NCBI GenBank assembly: GCA_951406725.2
Contig: OX597817.1
Location: 31,992,001 to 32,056,000 of the forward strand
Direction of reading: 5' to 3'
Length of the DNA stretch: 64,000 nt
Origin: Octopus vulgaris
Lineage: Eukaryota
The translations under genes were made by a program, and so were the position numbers. This document shows, in pieces, positions 40,930 through 54,604 of the stretch. How positions within the stretch are numbered: the first letter of the stretch is position 1; each line of letters starts with the position of its first letter. The notes below the pieces were generated by a model. That model did not search any database, was not told the origin of the DNA, and saw nothing but the letters and a program-made list of their open reading frames with translations.

Positions 40930-41750
40930 TGTTGCTGAATCTATATCCACCATCACTTATTTGCATGGGATCTCGAAATGTTTCGTATTCTGCATTTATA
41001 CTTCATGCTCCTACGCCAGTTAATCGCAATATACTTTCAAATATATCATCAAAACTTTTTTATTGCAATAACCATAACTAATACGAAGTATTGTTGACGT
41101 CAGTCAATGCATGATTCTGCAATGCGTGGAATTTGGGATATTAATATTCAAGTTAGAAGAATCTGGCTTAAAACAGATTATATTATATTAGACTGGGACA
41201 AGCAGGGCCTCCGAAAGAAAATTTGAAAAGTTTACTTAGAATGCTTTTTGGATGCTGACGACGGGGTCTATGAGATTTTGTTTCTTTTTGTTTTCCTTTA
41301 AAGAGAGCCCTTCAGATATTCACGGGCCACTTTTCGGCTCTTCAGATCCCGGATCAATATACCATCTGACATGCACGATCCGATATACACCACTTGTAAG
41401 CTCTGGTGCCAATTTTATTCATATTCTTTCGTATGCCTTTGTTGCTGCACTTGTAATTTGAGTGGCTATTATTTCTTACTTTATTGGTGCTGATCGATTT
41501 ATAAGATGTATAAAAGAAAGGCTCATATTTAAGATTACACCAAAGCCATTGTCAATAATCCAGTTTGAATTTCTGTTCCTACTGTGCCGAAGGTTTTTCG
41601 CACTTATGCAATAAGAACAGTAACGACAACGACGACGGTGATGAGAATCAAAATGGTTCTGATACAAAATTTTCTCGACACTCAAGCTTTTTGAAACCGA
41701 TTCTGTAAAATATTGTTACAATAGATATATCATCGATAAGAACATTTGAA
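40930..41750 (-). pseudogene. Degenerate Penelope-like (Poseidon-type) RT thumb + GIY-YIG relic
   Basis: IDNGF, KLAPELTSGVYRI...YI and DGGYRFS resemble L..NGY, GVY.I.C....YIG and NRD.G..LS. Confidence 0.5.
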
Positions 41751-41850
41751 GTGGTTTCAGAATATGCGTTGCTTAGATATGCAAAATTCTTAAACACAAG
41801 CAACTACTTGTGTCTCTCACTTTGTACGCTCTCCTCTCACTCTTTTTCTC

Positions 41851-41954
<104 letters not shown>

Positions 41955-42030
41955 CACACACTCGAACATGCATACAAACATACGTACACACATTCATATA
42001 CATACACACTCATATACATATATATATATA

Positions 42031-42629
42031 TTTAAGTTCAAGGAGGGTGAGAAAACAGATTATTTCATTATCCTCATAATCCGGCCAATACATATTTAAA
42101 TAGGGAATACAATCAAATATATAGACATATATTTTTATTATATAATCCCAATGTTGGGCGATCACAATATATATACAGAAATTTACACCAGATGAAATGG
42201 GGAAATTTACATCAGATAAATGTAGAAAAAAACTCTTTAAAAAACTTGAATTTTTAAAATACCTAAACTCTAAAAATTCTATCTCCGATGAAGGACATAT
42301 GACCACCAAAGTCGAATGGAAAAGTTTTTGCTTTGCATATTCCCTGAAACGATCGTAAGATACTTCACTTCATTATATCTTTATTTCATTCGTGAACTGC
42401 TTTATTTTTTATTTCATTCGAGGACAGTTTTACGCTATTTAATTTTACTTCATTCGAGCCCTATTGTAAATTTTTTAAACATCTCACCTACTCGTGATTT
42501 TGATTTAATTTATTTTATTTGATCTAAATTTCTGTATATATATTGTGATCACCCAAACTTGAGATTATATAATAAAAAATATATATGTATACATTTGATT
42601 GTATTCCCAATTTGAATATGTATTGGCCG
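42031..42629 (+). mobile_element. PLE 3' end with hammerhead (42280-42362) and inverted 5' copy of its tail (42082-42185 / 42525-42629)
   Basis: UAUCU-CCGAUGA-AGGACAUAUG...CAUAUUCCCU-GAAA-CGAUCG-UA|AGAUA. ~104-bp diverged inverted arms; the left arm has an extra ~50-bp tail abutting (TA)n. Confidence 0.8.
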
Positions 42630-42727
42630 TACTGGAAACCTTAATATTTGCTCAATATATTGAGCCCATCCGTGTTATTTCGGGAAAAGAATTACACTCT
42701 TTTATCATTTAATATACGTATAACTAT

Positions 42728-42945
42728 AAGGCGGCGAGCTGGCAAAAACGTTAGCACGCCGGGCGAAATGCTTAGCAGTATTTCGTCTGTTTTACGTTCA
42801 GAGTTCAAATTCCGCCACGGTTGACTTTGCCTTTCATCCTTTCGGGGTGTCGATATATTAGTACCAGTTGCGTACTCGGGTCGATCTAATCGACTGCCCC
42901 CCCCCCCACTCCCCAAAAATTTCGGGCCTTTTGCCTAGAGTAGAA

Positions 42946-42948
<3 letters not shown>
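42728..42948 (+). mobile_element. SINE family A, alternative tail
   Basis: aaggcggcgagctggc...tttcgggccttttgcctagagtagaaaa. Confidence 0.88.
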
Positions 42949-43014
<66 letters not shown>

Positions 43015-43413
43015 ACTCAGAAACACACTGTAACACACAGATTGACACATTCACGCACACACATACACAAGTAAACACAGATGCAAACTCGCACAGAAGC
43101 AGGCACATATTCTAGCATACGACTGAATAGCTGAAATAAATAAATATTATATCATATAAGAGTTTTCAAAACTGTACAATTTATTTAAAAACAAAAAAGA
43201 GAGATTACGATATATGATAGTTATTTATTATTTTGACTCTAAACACTCAACCTAGTTCCTCTTTCTGTGAACTCCAGAGAATATAAATGCCGAGACAAAA
43301 GAATTTAAGAGAATAATTGAATAGTTATTGTAAAAAAAAAGCAGATACAAAGTGGGAGCAGGAAACAGACGAGAATTCTCTTTTACTGAGGTTTATTTAA
43401 TTCAGCATATAAA

Positions 43414-43449
<36 letters not shown>

Positions 43450-43519
43450 TGTATGTATGTATGTATGTATGTATGTATGTATGTATGTATGTATGTATGT
43501 ATGTATGTATGTAGGTATG

Positions 43520-43602
<83 letters not shown>

Positions 43603-44171
43603 ATTATGTATGAATGAATGTATATGTATGTATTTATAAATATATACGCACACACATTAATATATATATATATATAGCCATATATACACACATACATTTA
43701 TATATATACACAGATATATATATATTTATATAAACATACATACATATGCACATATGTGTGTGTGTATATGTGTCTGCGTATCCGTTTTAAACAAGTTTTT
43801 TTATTTTATAAGGACTATTTTGTAGCCATAAATTAATACTACTAGTTTAGCTGATGTCGCTACTTGTCGGAAAATAAAATGATGGATTCCCAGGCAGCGT
43901 TTATATTTTAACGATGTTTACACCACCAGATTGAATGGTACAGCCCAAGTGTCGAAACCATAATGATTTCTGTTTGGCAGCTGATGATGGGAATAAACCA
44001 ATATTATGCTTGATTGCGAATTTCTTATACCTCAGTTTAGTTCTTCTGAGTTGTCCTTTATTCTTGTCAAGTGGAAAGTATTTCTGGATTCATAATTTGT
44101 AGGAGCTTTTCATCATAGATAATCTTATTAGGCTTAGCTACGGCTTAGATATCGGTTTCTAGATTTGTGAG

Positions 44172-44231
<60 letters not shown>

Positions 44232-44310
44232 AATAAGGTTTAAAGTGAAAAAAGCACAGAAATCATGTTTGTGTAGACAGAGATTATTTATATCCCTTAC
44301 AATATGTACA

Positions 44311-44344
44311 GAGTCGACCGGTTTCGCTTCGCTAATCATGACTC
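44311..44344 (-). ncRNA. 34-nt minimal type-I hammerhead, A3:U8 variant
   Basis: GAGUC-AUGAUUA-GC(GAA)GC-GAAA-CCGG-UC|GACUC with perfect 5-bp stem I. Preceded by a 21-bp-arm hairpin (44367-44387 / 44417-44437) and followed by a tail ending in (TA)n at ~44228. Confidence 0.75.
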
Positions 44345-44717
44345 AATGTTACGAAATCATTATGAGTTTTTGATTTAATCTTGCGTATAAAAGCAAAAAT
44401 TTTCTGTGCCTGCTTCTACGCAAGATTAAATCAAAAATCTATTATGAACCCGGATTCATGTTGTCAGAAGCAAACTACTAACCATATGTATGGTGTCTGT
44501 GCGAGTGCATGTGTGTGCGCGTGTGTCTGTGTCTGTTTCTCTGTCTGTCTAAATGTATGTATGTATGTGTATGTGTGTCTGTCTGTATACACGTAGAAAG
44601 TATCAGTAATATTCTGTACACAAAGAACAGTTGAAAGTATCCATGTTTTATATATACGTATATAAGTCTGATTTACACACACGCACGCACGCACACGTGT
44701 ATACACACACATACACA

Positions 44718-44802
<85 letters not shown>

Positions 44803-44807
<5 letters not shown>

Positions 44808-45000
44808 CCACACGTGAATCAGCGGCGATTTTCTTCCTCCGTCTTCCCTTCTATTATAATTTCCTCTATTGCCGAGGAAGTACGTCTGCTCGAAACGTTA
44901 AACCATCTTTCTTTCGTTTCCCTAGGGTCTACTAATACATTACATGTACCACGTCCTCGCATTGTTGTGCTTTTTGCGTTTGTTATTTTTGGGGATTTAT
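44803..45000 (+). mobile_element. TA-flanked short element with degenerate hammerhead-like core
   Basis: ccgaggaag-tacgtctgctc-gaaacgttaaa (44872-44902); related to 63230-63382. Confidence 0.45.
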
Positions 45001-45472
45001 ATATACACATATATATATATATAAGAATAAATGTTTTTATATATAAAGAACGTGAAATACAGGAAGGGACGAACACGGAACACAGACAAATCATTCGAAG
45101 CCTTCAATCTTCAGTCAGACACCGAATCATCATAGCAAATTTCGGCTGTTCAATTCTGATATATATATATATATATATATGGGGAAAGAAAGAAGGTTAA
45201 TAGAAAAGAAAGGAACGGACGGATAGGCAGGCAGGGAGGCAAAGGTATCCAGTGGCAGAGCCATTAGGGCGTTGGGTAGAAGGATTTGCTGTAATCATTC
45301 CGGATCTCTGTACCACCACTGATTTCGACATTGACTTTCATACGTAGTCCATAAATAGTTAAGTAGTGATGTCGATGCTAACGACTAAAGCCCTTCCTCT
45401 CAAAATTGCTGACCTTGTTGCCTATATTAGGGACCATTACAAATGCAAGATATGTAAGTATGTATCAGTATG

Positions 45473-45503
<31 letters not shown>

Positions 45504-45546
45504 GTAAATCCCCAAAAGAACAAACACGAAACACACAACAGGAATG

Positions 45547-45594
<48 letters not shown>

Positions 45595-45658
45595 GTATGT
45601 ATGTATATATGTGTGTATGTATATATATTTATACAGAGAGAGAGATAGAGAGAGGGAA

Positions 45659-45737
<79 letters not shown>

Positions 45738-46469
45738 TACACATATATGAATTTTTATATATATAGACATTTATGTATATTGCATATACATACATATTAA
45801 TATGTATACGTACATAGGTTTGCGTGTTTGTGTGTGTGTGTGTTGTGCATGAAGTTTTTTTTTTTTAAACAAATATTGTTTCTAGCTAAACAATTCAAAG
45901 TAAGGTAAACACTTCCAGTCTGATATGCTGTCAGCATTTTCATGGGGATTGTAGCTGATATGTGAGCGGAGGAAACAGCTGTGTATAATGTTTTTCTTCA
46001 TTGGTTGTTTGGAGTCCTGAGAGATAAGATGGCAAATAGCCATAGAAAAGGCAGATCTCACTAAGGAGCAAGGGATAGAGAAAACACTATTCTTTCAGTC
46101 AAAATTTCAGCACCCTTAGAAATAATTGACAGTTGATGATGTTGATGATGTTGATGATGTTAAACGTTTATTTTTATTTTATTTTATTTTATTTTATTTT
46201 ATTTTTATTTTATTTATTATTTCACTTTTAAATTTGGCAAATCGCCAGGCAATAGGAGAAATGAGGTTGAATAATTTTGAAAGGTGCAAAATTATTTAAC
46301 ATTGCACTTTAAGAGAAGACTTTGATGCGGATTGCAGAAACCGTGTAATGTAGATGTAGATGTGGTGTGGTATTTAGAAGTTTCTCTTGTAGTTTCGAGT
46401 TCAAATCCGGCCAATATCGACTTTAACTTCTATACATATGAGGTCGATAAAATAAGTACCTGGCATCTC

Positions 46470-46590
46470 AATAATAATAATAATAATAATAATAACAATA
46501 ACAATAACAATAATAATAATAATAACAGTAATAATAATAATAATAATAATAGTAATAATAATAATAATAGTAATAATAATAATAATAACA

Positions 46591-46629
<39 letters not shown>

Positions 46630-46671
46630 GTAATAATAATACTAATAACAGTAATAATAATAATAATAACA

Positions 46672-46758
<87 letters not shown>

Positions 46759-46769
46759 ATAATAATAAC

Positions 46770-46806
<37 letters not shown>

Positions 46807-46851
46807 GTAATAATAATAATAATAATAACAAGAACAATAATAATAATAATA
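46470..46851. repeat. (AAT)n array with AAC/AGT interruptions, ~380 bp
   Basis: Seen directly. Confidence 0.97.
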
Positions 46852-47460
46852 AATACTCTGATGTAATATCAAGCAGTTGCTCTCAAGGTTTCTGATCTTA
46901 ACTGATAATAAGTGTTACCATGAACATATTTTGTCTTGGCTACAACAGAATTCGTGGAGATGGACAAGAAACAATAAACCATATGTCTCTGGCTAATAAG
47001 GAATATATTCACAAACACGACAGAGTTGGGATCTCTATCCACTGGAAGCTATGCCACCTCTATGGAATAACAACAGAAAAAAGATGGTATAGATACATGC
47101 CAGAAAAGGTCACAGAAAATGAGAAGGCAACCATACTATGGAATATGCCAATATACACAGAGAAGTTAATATCAATCGGCCGGATACAGTTGTTAGAGAT
47201 CATCAAGAATGTCGACGAATCAATATCAACAGATCAATCAGGCGCATTAGGTATGACAAAAAAATATTCAGACAAATGCATAACAAAAACACTAGGTATA
47301 TATAACATACAGAAAATAGCACTACCAGGCATCGCACACATCGTACGTAAAACACTTTCAATACTGTAACAATAAGAACATCGCAACAAACCATAGCACA
47401 TCCCCAGGGCACACAGAGCTGCGCTTGGTAGTGCAGTGAAAGCACGCGATAAGACTATTG
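46852..47460 (+). mobile_element. R4/Dong-like RLE non-LTR retrotransposon, 3' fragment inserted in (AAT)n
   Basis: RIRGDGQETINH..LANKEYIHKHDRVG..IHWKLC...WY...PEKVTENEKATILW...GALG...IQKIAL.GIAHIVRKTL (CCHC + RLE region, internally deleted). (AAT)n on both sides. Confidence 0.88.
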
Positions 47461-47477
47461 AATAATAATAATGATAA

Positions 47478-47692
47478 CCTTTTCTACTAAAGGCACAAGG
47501 CCCGAAATTTTAGGGGAGAGAACTAGTCGATTACATCGACCCCAGTGTTTCACTAGTACTTAATTTATCGACCCCGAAAAGATGAAAGGTAAAGTCGACC
47601 TCGGTGGAATTTGAAATCAGAACGTAAAGACGGACGAAATACCGCTAAACATTTTGCCCGGAGTACTAGCAATTCTGTCAGCTCACTGCCTT
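47478..47692 (-). mobile_element. SINE family A
   Basis: cctttctactaaaggcacaaggcccgaaat...gctcactgcctt. Confidence 0.85.
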
Positions 47693-48537
47693 TGCCATCT
47701 ATGTATAATAATCAATGTAAATGCATGTCTTTCACTGTTTTCCTATATATCGGAGACGATAAATCTCGTCTAAATATGTAGATGATTGTGACTACATGCT
47801 ATTTAGAAGGCACAAAGAGGCCGAAATGCACTTGGGTTCTCGCTAGTCGGAACACGACTTAGTAGGGTGCTACTGGGAAGGTGGATTTTCAAAGATTTTC
47901 CCTAGACTTGAAATTCTTAGTCTATTTATACGTTTTATAAAATGGTTTAGTTCCGACAACAGTGGATAGGATGTCTATTGTCAATACTCGCCAAAAGTAT
48001 AAGATTTTATACGACTCGTGTATATAAAGTGATTAATCTATTTAACTCGACTCGATATGAAATGTGGTTGGTAAGTCAGCGCTTCGTTTATAACTTACAC
48101 TCACATTAGACATCTGTTTATTTATTTGTATTCCAACAGGCTGACATCTAACAAGCTAAATTTGTTTTCCGTATAGAAAATGTATAACTAAAACATAATT
48201 ATCGCCATTATCTCTTTTCATTAAGTATATTTCGTTGCTTTTGAATAGAGTAGCTTTTAAAGAGACCAATGAAATCAAATAATATCTTGAATTGAAGGTT
48301 TATTTTTCATGATGTTTCTTAAAACATTGTATAATGTAAACAAACGATTCACTTTTAAAGCTCTTTTTAAAGTCTCTACTGTGTAGTTGTGTGTTGAGTT
48401 TTGTATTGCAGATACTGAGTTGGAACAAGGTACTTAATTGTCATTGTACTCGGCATCCTACATTACTCCAAATCATTTTTGTACGACCAAGACGAATATT
48501 TAATAGCCTTAACAATAAAGAATCTTCAAAAATGTTC

Positions 48538-48583
<46 letters not shown>

Positions 48584-48892
48584 CTAGTGTCCATCATAAT
48601 TAATTGAAGTATCGTACATTGATAAATAAAGAAATAAACATAATATGGTAATAACAAAATGATAAAGTTTCCCGGGGGGTTATTTATGGCGCGGTCAATA
48701 AAGAGAGGCAAAACTGGTAACTCTTTTACGAGGCTTGTGAGACTCGTGAAAGGAAAGAGACGAGTTATCCTCAGTTCAGACGCTTAAGTCTAGGTTTAGA
48801 TAATAGTGTTGTTCTTCGGGTTACGTATATAACAAAGACATTGATAACGATTCAATAAATTTCTACCCCATGAGTTATCTAGCTTATCTACC

Positions 48893-49126
48893 TATTTCTT
48901 TACAACCCACAAGGGGCTAAACTCAGAGGGGGCAAACAAGGACAGACAAACGGATTAAGTCGATATATATCGACTCCAATGCGTAACTGGTACTTATTTA
49001 ATCGACCCTGAAAGGATGAAAGGCAAAGTCGACCTCAGCGGAATTTGAACTCAGAACGTAGCGGCAGACGAAATACCGCTAAGCATTTCGCCCGGCGTGC
49101 TAACGTTTCTGCCAGCTCGCCGCCTT
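48893..49126 (-). mobile_element. SINE family A with perfect 16-bp TSD
   Basis: atctagcttatctacc at 48877-48892 / 49127-49142. Confidence 0.92.
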
Positions 49127-49514
49127 ATCTAGCTTATCTACCGATGGACAAATACTATTGATCTTCAGCAAACAGTTTGTGAGACATTTTAGTGCATTGA
49201 AAATAGCTAACTTTAAGCTAATGCTTAGATTCAGTAATCATTACTTTCACCATCATTTAATGTCCATTATTCCATGCTTGAACGAATCGCACGGAGGATT
49301 TACTGGTGAAGGATTTCCTATGGTCGGATGCCCTTCTTGTCTTCAAGCAAGGTAATATTTCCCCATGACCAGACATGTTTCGCAGAATGAACGACGCTGC
49401 TTACATAACGGTGACAATCATTTACAACCCGGCACTTCAAGACAAGGAGACACAAACACACACATATTCACGCACACGCGCACACACACACACATAAATA
49501 CATACATGTATACA

Positions 49515-50079
49515 CACGCGTGGTTGTGTGGTATCAATTTTGCTTCCCAACCACATGGTTCCAGCTTCAGTCCAACTGCGTGGCACCTTGAGCAAGTGTC
49601 GTCCACTGTAACAGCGGGGCCGACGAAAGCCATATGAGTGGATGTGGTACGAGGAAAGTGAAACAAGCCCATCGTATATATATGTGTGTGTGCGTGTGTG
49701 TGAGTGTGTGTGTGTGTGTGTGTGTGTCTTTGTGCATGTGTTTGTTCCTCCTCGATCATTCGACAATCGGTGTTGGTGCGTTTACGTTCTCGTAACTGAG
49801 CGGTTCGACAAGAGCAACCGATAAAGTGCCAAGCACTAAAAGAAAAGCATTGGAGTCGATTTATTCGACTAAAAACTCTTCAAGTCAAGACTGCAGTCAA
49901 ATGACTGAAACAAATAAAAGATATATATATGTCTAGACATATACGACGGGCTTCTTTCAGTTTCCTTCCACCAAATCCACTCATATGACGTTGGTTGACA
50001 TATTTGCCCAAGATTTCTCGCAGTGGAACTGAAACCCGGAACACATGGTAAGTACACTTACCACACCCAAGCCCGCGCC
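49515..50079. mobile_element. Two SINE family B copies in opposite orientation (49515-49921 +, 49935-50079 -)
   Basis: Homology to the 22386 copy on both strands. Confidence 0.8.
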
Positions 50080-50556
50080 TAATAATTCTTAGAAATAAAA
50101 CAAAACATTTTACATTTTCAAAATCTAATTTAGAATTATAATTTTCTGTTTTGTTTTTTTTTCGTGCATCTATTCTTTACATGTCCAAACTATTTATATT
50201 GAAATAGCATATATCAGATTAGGAAAATGTTCGTTTACAGCTGCCGTATGCAAACACTTAAAATTACATAAATATAAAATGAAATGCAACTATGACATGC
50301 AACCATTCTTAAAAACAACATATACGTATCTTCCTTATTCATATATATATATATAATCTCTCTCACGCATACACATATATATTATGTGTATAATACGCAT
50401 ATGTGTACATAAACACACACACATATATATACATACATACTTGCATATTTGAATTACATGTATTTAGGTACATATAAGAATAAATACGTATGTATGTATA
50501 TTGTATATGTATATATATATATATATGTATATATATGTATATATATATATATATAT

Positions 50557-50799
50557 TCTACATTGAGAGAAGAACGAGATGGACGCTTCTTTTTTATGCT
50601 GTTGCCGCATTATGTCGTACGCGAATGAGAGGATTTGCATCCCCAACCAAGATTTTTTGATGTAATACATGTCCTTGTGAAAGTTGTTGTGCGCGGCTGA
50701 AGAAGGCCACAGACATACATTATGCATTGTTATAAATCCGTCTAATAAAGGCCCGAAACATATGTACCGCTGAATCCTTGGCATCATGTTTTTATTTTG

Positions 50800-50808
<9 letters not shown>
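50557..50808 (+). mobile_element. ~250-bp hammerhead-bearing element inside (TA)n
   Basis: GCGG-CUGAAGA-A-GGCC...GGCC-C-GAAA-CAUAUG-UA|CCGC (50693-50770); homologous to 62870-63113. Confidence 0.85.
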
Positions 50809-50842
<34 letters not shown>

Positions 50843-50885
50843 TAAAGCAACCAACGTTTTTCGAATTTGCCAAAGCAAAAATATG

Positions 50886-51358
50886 TATTTCTTTTTTGCC
50901 CACAAAGGGATAAACAAGGACAGACAAGGGGATTAAGTCGATTATATCGACCCTAGTGCATAACTGGTACTTATTTAATCGACCTCGAAAGGATGAAAGG
51001 CAAAGTCGACCTCGGCGGAATTTGAACTCAGAAAGTAACGGCAGACGAAATACCACTAAGCGTTTCGCCTCAATATGTTGGACTAACTTCACTTCGCGAT
51101 AAACCAATCGACGGTGTAACTGATAGTCGTAATATACAAGTTAAGACAGTGAGCTGGCAGAATCGTTAGCCCGCCAGACAAAAGGCTTAGCGGCATTTCG
51201 TCCGTCCTTGCATTGTGAGTTCAATTTCCACCGGGGTCGACTTTGCCTCTCATATATTTCAGGGTCGATAAAATAAGTCCCAGTTGAACACTGGAGTTGA
51301 TTTAATCGACTTAAACCCACCCCCGAAATTGCTGGCATTCAGCTGAAATTTGAAACCA
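50886..51358. mobile_element. Two SINE family A copies head-to-head (50886-51085 -, 51143-51358 +)
   Basis: Core motif on both strands. Confidence 0.8.
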
Positions 51359-51374
51359 AATATTGTTTAATGAA

Positions 51375-51745
51375 TATAGTTCTATATTTAAGAAATTAGG
51401 AATTATGTACATTATTTACATAATTTACAATTAGCAGATATGCAAACAGGCATATCCGTTAATTGTAAATAATGTAATCCCACTACGCCATTTGCCCATG
51501 GCCATATGGCGTAGTGGCTAAGAGCGCAGGCTACTAACCCCAAGATTCCGAGTTCGATTCCAGGCAGCGTCCTGAATAATAATAATAATAATAATAACAA
51601 CAACAACATCGAAACTACCTTAGGAATGAGAACCCAGGTTCGAAATTTCCCCAAGACACCTGAAGAAGGCTGAAGGGTATATCAGCCGAAACGTTGTGTT
51701 AACAACAAACAAGATGAGGACAAATATCCGTCAATTGTAAATAAT
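51375..51745 (+). mobile_element. tRNA-headed, hammerhead-tailed SINE with 5' inversions and 14-bp TSD
   Basis: TSD tattgtttaatgaa (51361-51374 / 51746-51759). A box 51507-51517, B box 51552-51561, (AAT)n spacer. Hammerhead GACAC-CUGAAGA-A-GGCUGA(agggtata)UCAGCC-GAAA-CG-UU|GUGUU at 51655-51700. Confidence 0.85.
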
Positions 51746-52335
51746 TATTGTTTAATGAAGTTTTTGAATAAGTGGGGTGAAGAGCATGTGTTTTGGTGAA
51801 CGTGTGTGAAAGAAAGATACGCATATATACACATATATATACATTTGCATAAATGTGTGCGTGAGTCTATGTTTTTGTGTGTGTGTATATGTTTATTAGA
51901 GCAAGTGTAATTATTCAGTCATTGTAATACATTATTCGACGTATGGAATTCATTTAGTGTCAAAGCACTCAACTCCAAATGTGTTTCACTTATTGACACG
52001 AAGTCTTCCCACGTGACAGTAAACAATGAACTAACTGTTTATCCTTTTAGCAAAATATTTTCTCGAACCTATTAAGATATGACAGAAGTGAATTGACTGA
52101 GAAATTAAGAACAATTTTCATAAACCGTAAATATCAGTCGGTGTTTGGTGTGTGTATGTGTGTATGTGGTGTGTGTGTTTGCGTATGTATATATAACTAT
52201 TATGCATACAAATATATACATATATGTGTGTTCGTGTGTATGTGTATGTCTAACGCAAGTCAATTCATGTTCGAATACGACTACTTGGGAAGTTGTAAAC
52301 GCTTTGAATGTGACATTGCAAGTCCGCAAAGTGTT

Positions 52336-53300
52336 TGTAGGCAACCGTAGTTGAATCCATGGTCAACTACGTTGGTCATCTGGAGTAACCTCCCCTGGTC
52401 ACATCGTTTACAACGAGGTGGCGCTCGTGAGATAGGGGATAAAAAGACGGGCAGAGCCAAGAACGGCTCTTTCTTACTGACCAAGCGACCTGCTACTAAC
52501 TGCATTGTCTTCCTGCTACTGGACTACCCAGCGTCGATTTGAATTGAGTGGAATCCACTATACCAGTCATGGAAGGCGGCAAGACGAAAGCCTTTTCTTA
52601 TTCAACTTCATTCTGTTCTCTTAAATGTTAATATACAAGCTGTGTACGAAGGCTCTCCTCCCGGATTGGAATAAATGTACCATGTACATGAAGGCCTCAA
52701 AAACTCATACGAATTGTTGTTGTTTTTCACTGGATTAATTCCTTCAGCTATTCGAAGGGTGACCGGACATTATATTTAAATTAGTAGGCTAAAAACCCGC
52801 TAAATGTTAGACAATGCCAGCCGCGTGGTTGCTGGCCAGTTCCAAAATTAGATGAGCTTTGTTTAGACCACGTGTCATTTTTTTAGTTTCTTCTTGATTA
52901 ACAATGAGCTGTGTTATTACAGAAATGAGCTTCTCGGATACCCGAATGCTGACCTGATGAATTTCTTCATTGTCGTTGTTTAGAAAAGAATTGATCACTA
53001 TCCCAAGCCACATTGGTGTAGCTTTGAAATTACATACCTCTAGATTGTCAAGCCTATGTGTTGCACTAATTTCCCATCGTGCGTGGAACTGATTATAGTA
53101 GATAAAGTGTGCACTGAACCACATGGACTTTTCAGATAGAACAGCTTTTTCTGGTTGATCCAGTATCGGCTTGGACAATCAGAATCTGGATGATCCTCAG
53201 GTTTTGCATCAGAACATTTTCCTAAACAGACTTTGTAACATGAATTAGGTATCCGTAAGTCCCAGGTAGCCTTGCAGCACATTCGTAATCCGTAACAAAT
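52336..53300 (+). mobile_element. Gypsy-type LTR retrotransposon relic: putative LTR (~52336-52780) plus decayed gag
   Basis: TG start, gataaaaag TATA-like box, AATAAA. Then MPAAWLLASSKIR, SLFRKELITIPSHIGVAL and a decayed LC...PC knuckle resembling Gypsy gag (P..WF...E..F; LF...LP..I). Confidence 0.55.
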
Positions 53301-53389
53301 ATTCCTATGTCTATATCTATCTGTCTATCTATCTACCTGTTTGTCTAATTATCTATCAATCTATCTATCCATCTCTCTCCCTCTCTATC

Positions 53390-53735
53390 TAACCACATGG
53401 TTCTGGGTTCAGTCCCACTGCGTAGCACCATGGGTAAGTGTCTTCTACTATAGCCTCGGGCCGACCAAAGCCTTGTGAGTGGATTTGGTAGACGGAAACT
53501 GAAAGAAGCCCGTCGTATATATGTATGTATATATATGTGCGTGTGTGTGTGTTTCCTCCCTCCCACATCGCTTGACAACCGATGCTGGTGTATTTATGTC
53601 CTCGTTACTTAGCGGTTCGGCTAAAGAACCGATAGAATAAGTACTAGGCTTACAAAGAATAAGTCCTGGGGTCGATTTGCTCGACTAAAGCTGGTGCTCC
53701 AGCATGGCCACAGTCAAATGACTGAAACACGCAAA
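53390..53735 (+). mobile_element. SINE family B, 5'-truncated
   Basis: aaccacatggttctgggttcagtccc...aatgactgaaac. Confidence 0.88.
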
Positions 53736-54492
53736 GGAGAGGCAAATTAAATATTTAAAAGCTACGATCAAACAAACCAACAGGATTTGCTAGAAATAAC
53801 AGTCAAAACATTGCTTAAAACGGACATTTATTAGTTTAAAATTTCAAGAACGTATGTTTGCAATACACTCTAGGATTTAATAAAATAAATTAGTTGGCCC
53901 CGTGCTGTCACATGCACACACATACACACATATACTCACACAGAGTTGAAACGCTGTTTGATTTTTCTTTTCAGCGTTGAATGTCCACCATTCCACTTCC
54001 ATTGCACACACACACACACACAAGCATTCACATGCCACCCTTTCATATACACATACATATACTTACACACAGTTGAAACGCTCCCACAACAGTTTGCCTT
54101 CACCCCTTCCTTCCTTACTCATCTATCACCCCTCCCTTTCTCATTCATATGTTTTGACGGAGAAAAGCACAAAGTATTATTATAGTAGAGTATCTTTCTC
54201 GTATCTCCTTCTCCTGCTTGTGCGCATGTGCAATACCTTCGGTCACTATGTTTTCACAACGGTTTTCGCCTCGGTGATGTGTACAATACTCGCTTCTGAT
54301 TGGCCAAAATACCCAATTTTGCAAAATTTAAAGACTAATAACTCTTTAATTATGAATTTATAGGAAAAATTAATTTCATTTTCACAATTATTATACAGAA
54401 TTTAATCCATGTAGCAAATTTGAAAGCAATTGGAACAAAGATCCCAAAAGCTTATATGTGCCGGTGTTTTAGTGTGCTTGTATGTGTGTGTT

Positions 54493-54553
<61 letters not shown>

Positions 54554-54604
54554 ACGTGAGCGCGCGCACACACGCACGCATACACACACTCACATACATA
54601 TATA

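Noticed and set aside
43975-44170. ctgatgatggg (+) and atgatgaaaagc/gaaaccgat (-) half motifs
   Set aside because: No complete fold; possibly decayed PLE ends.
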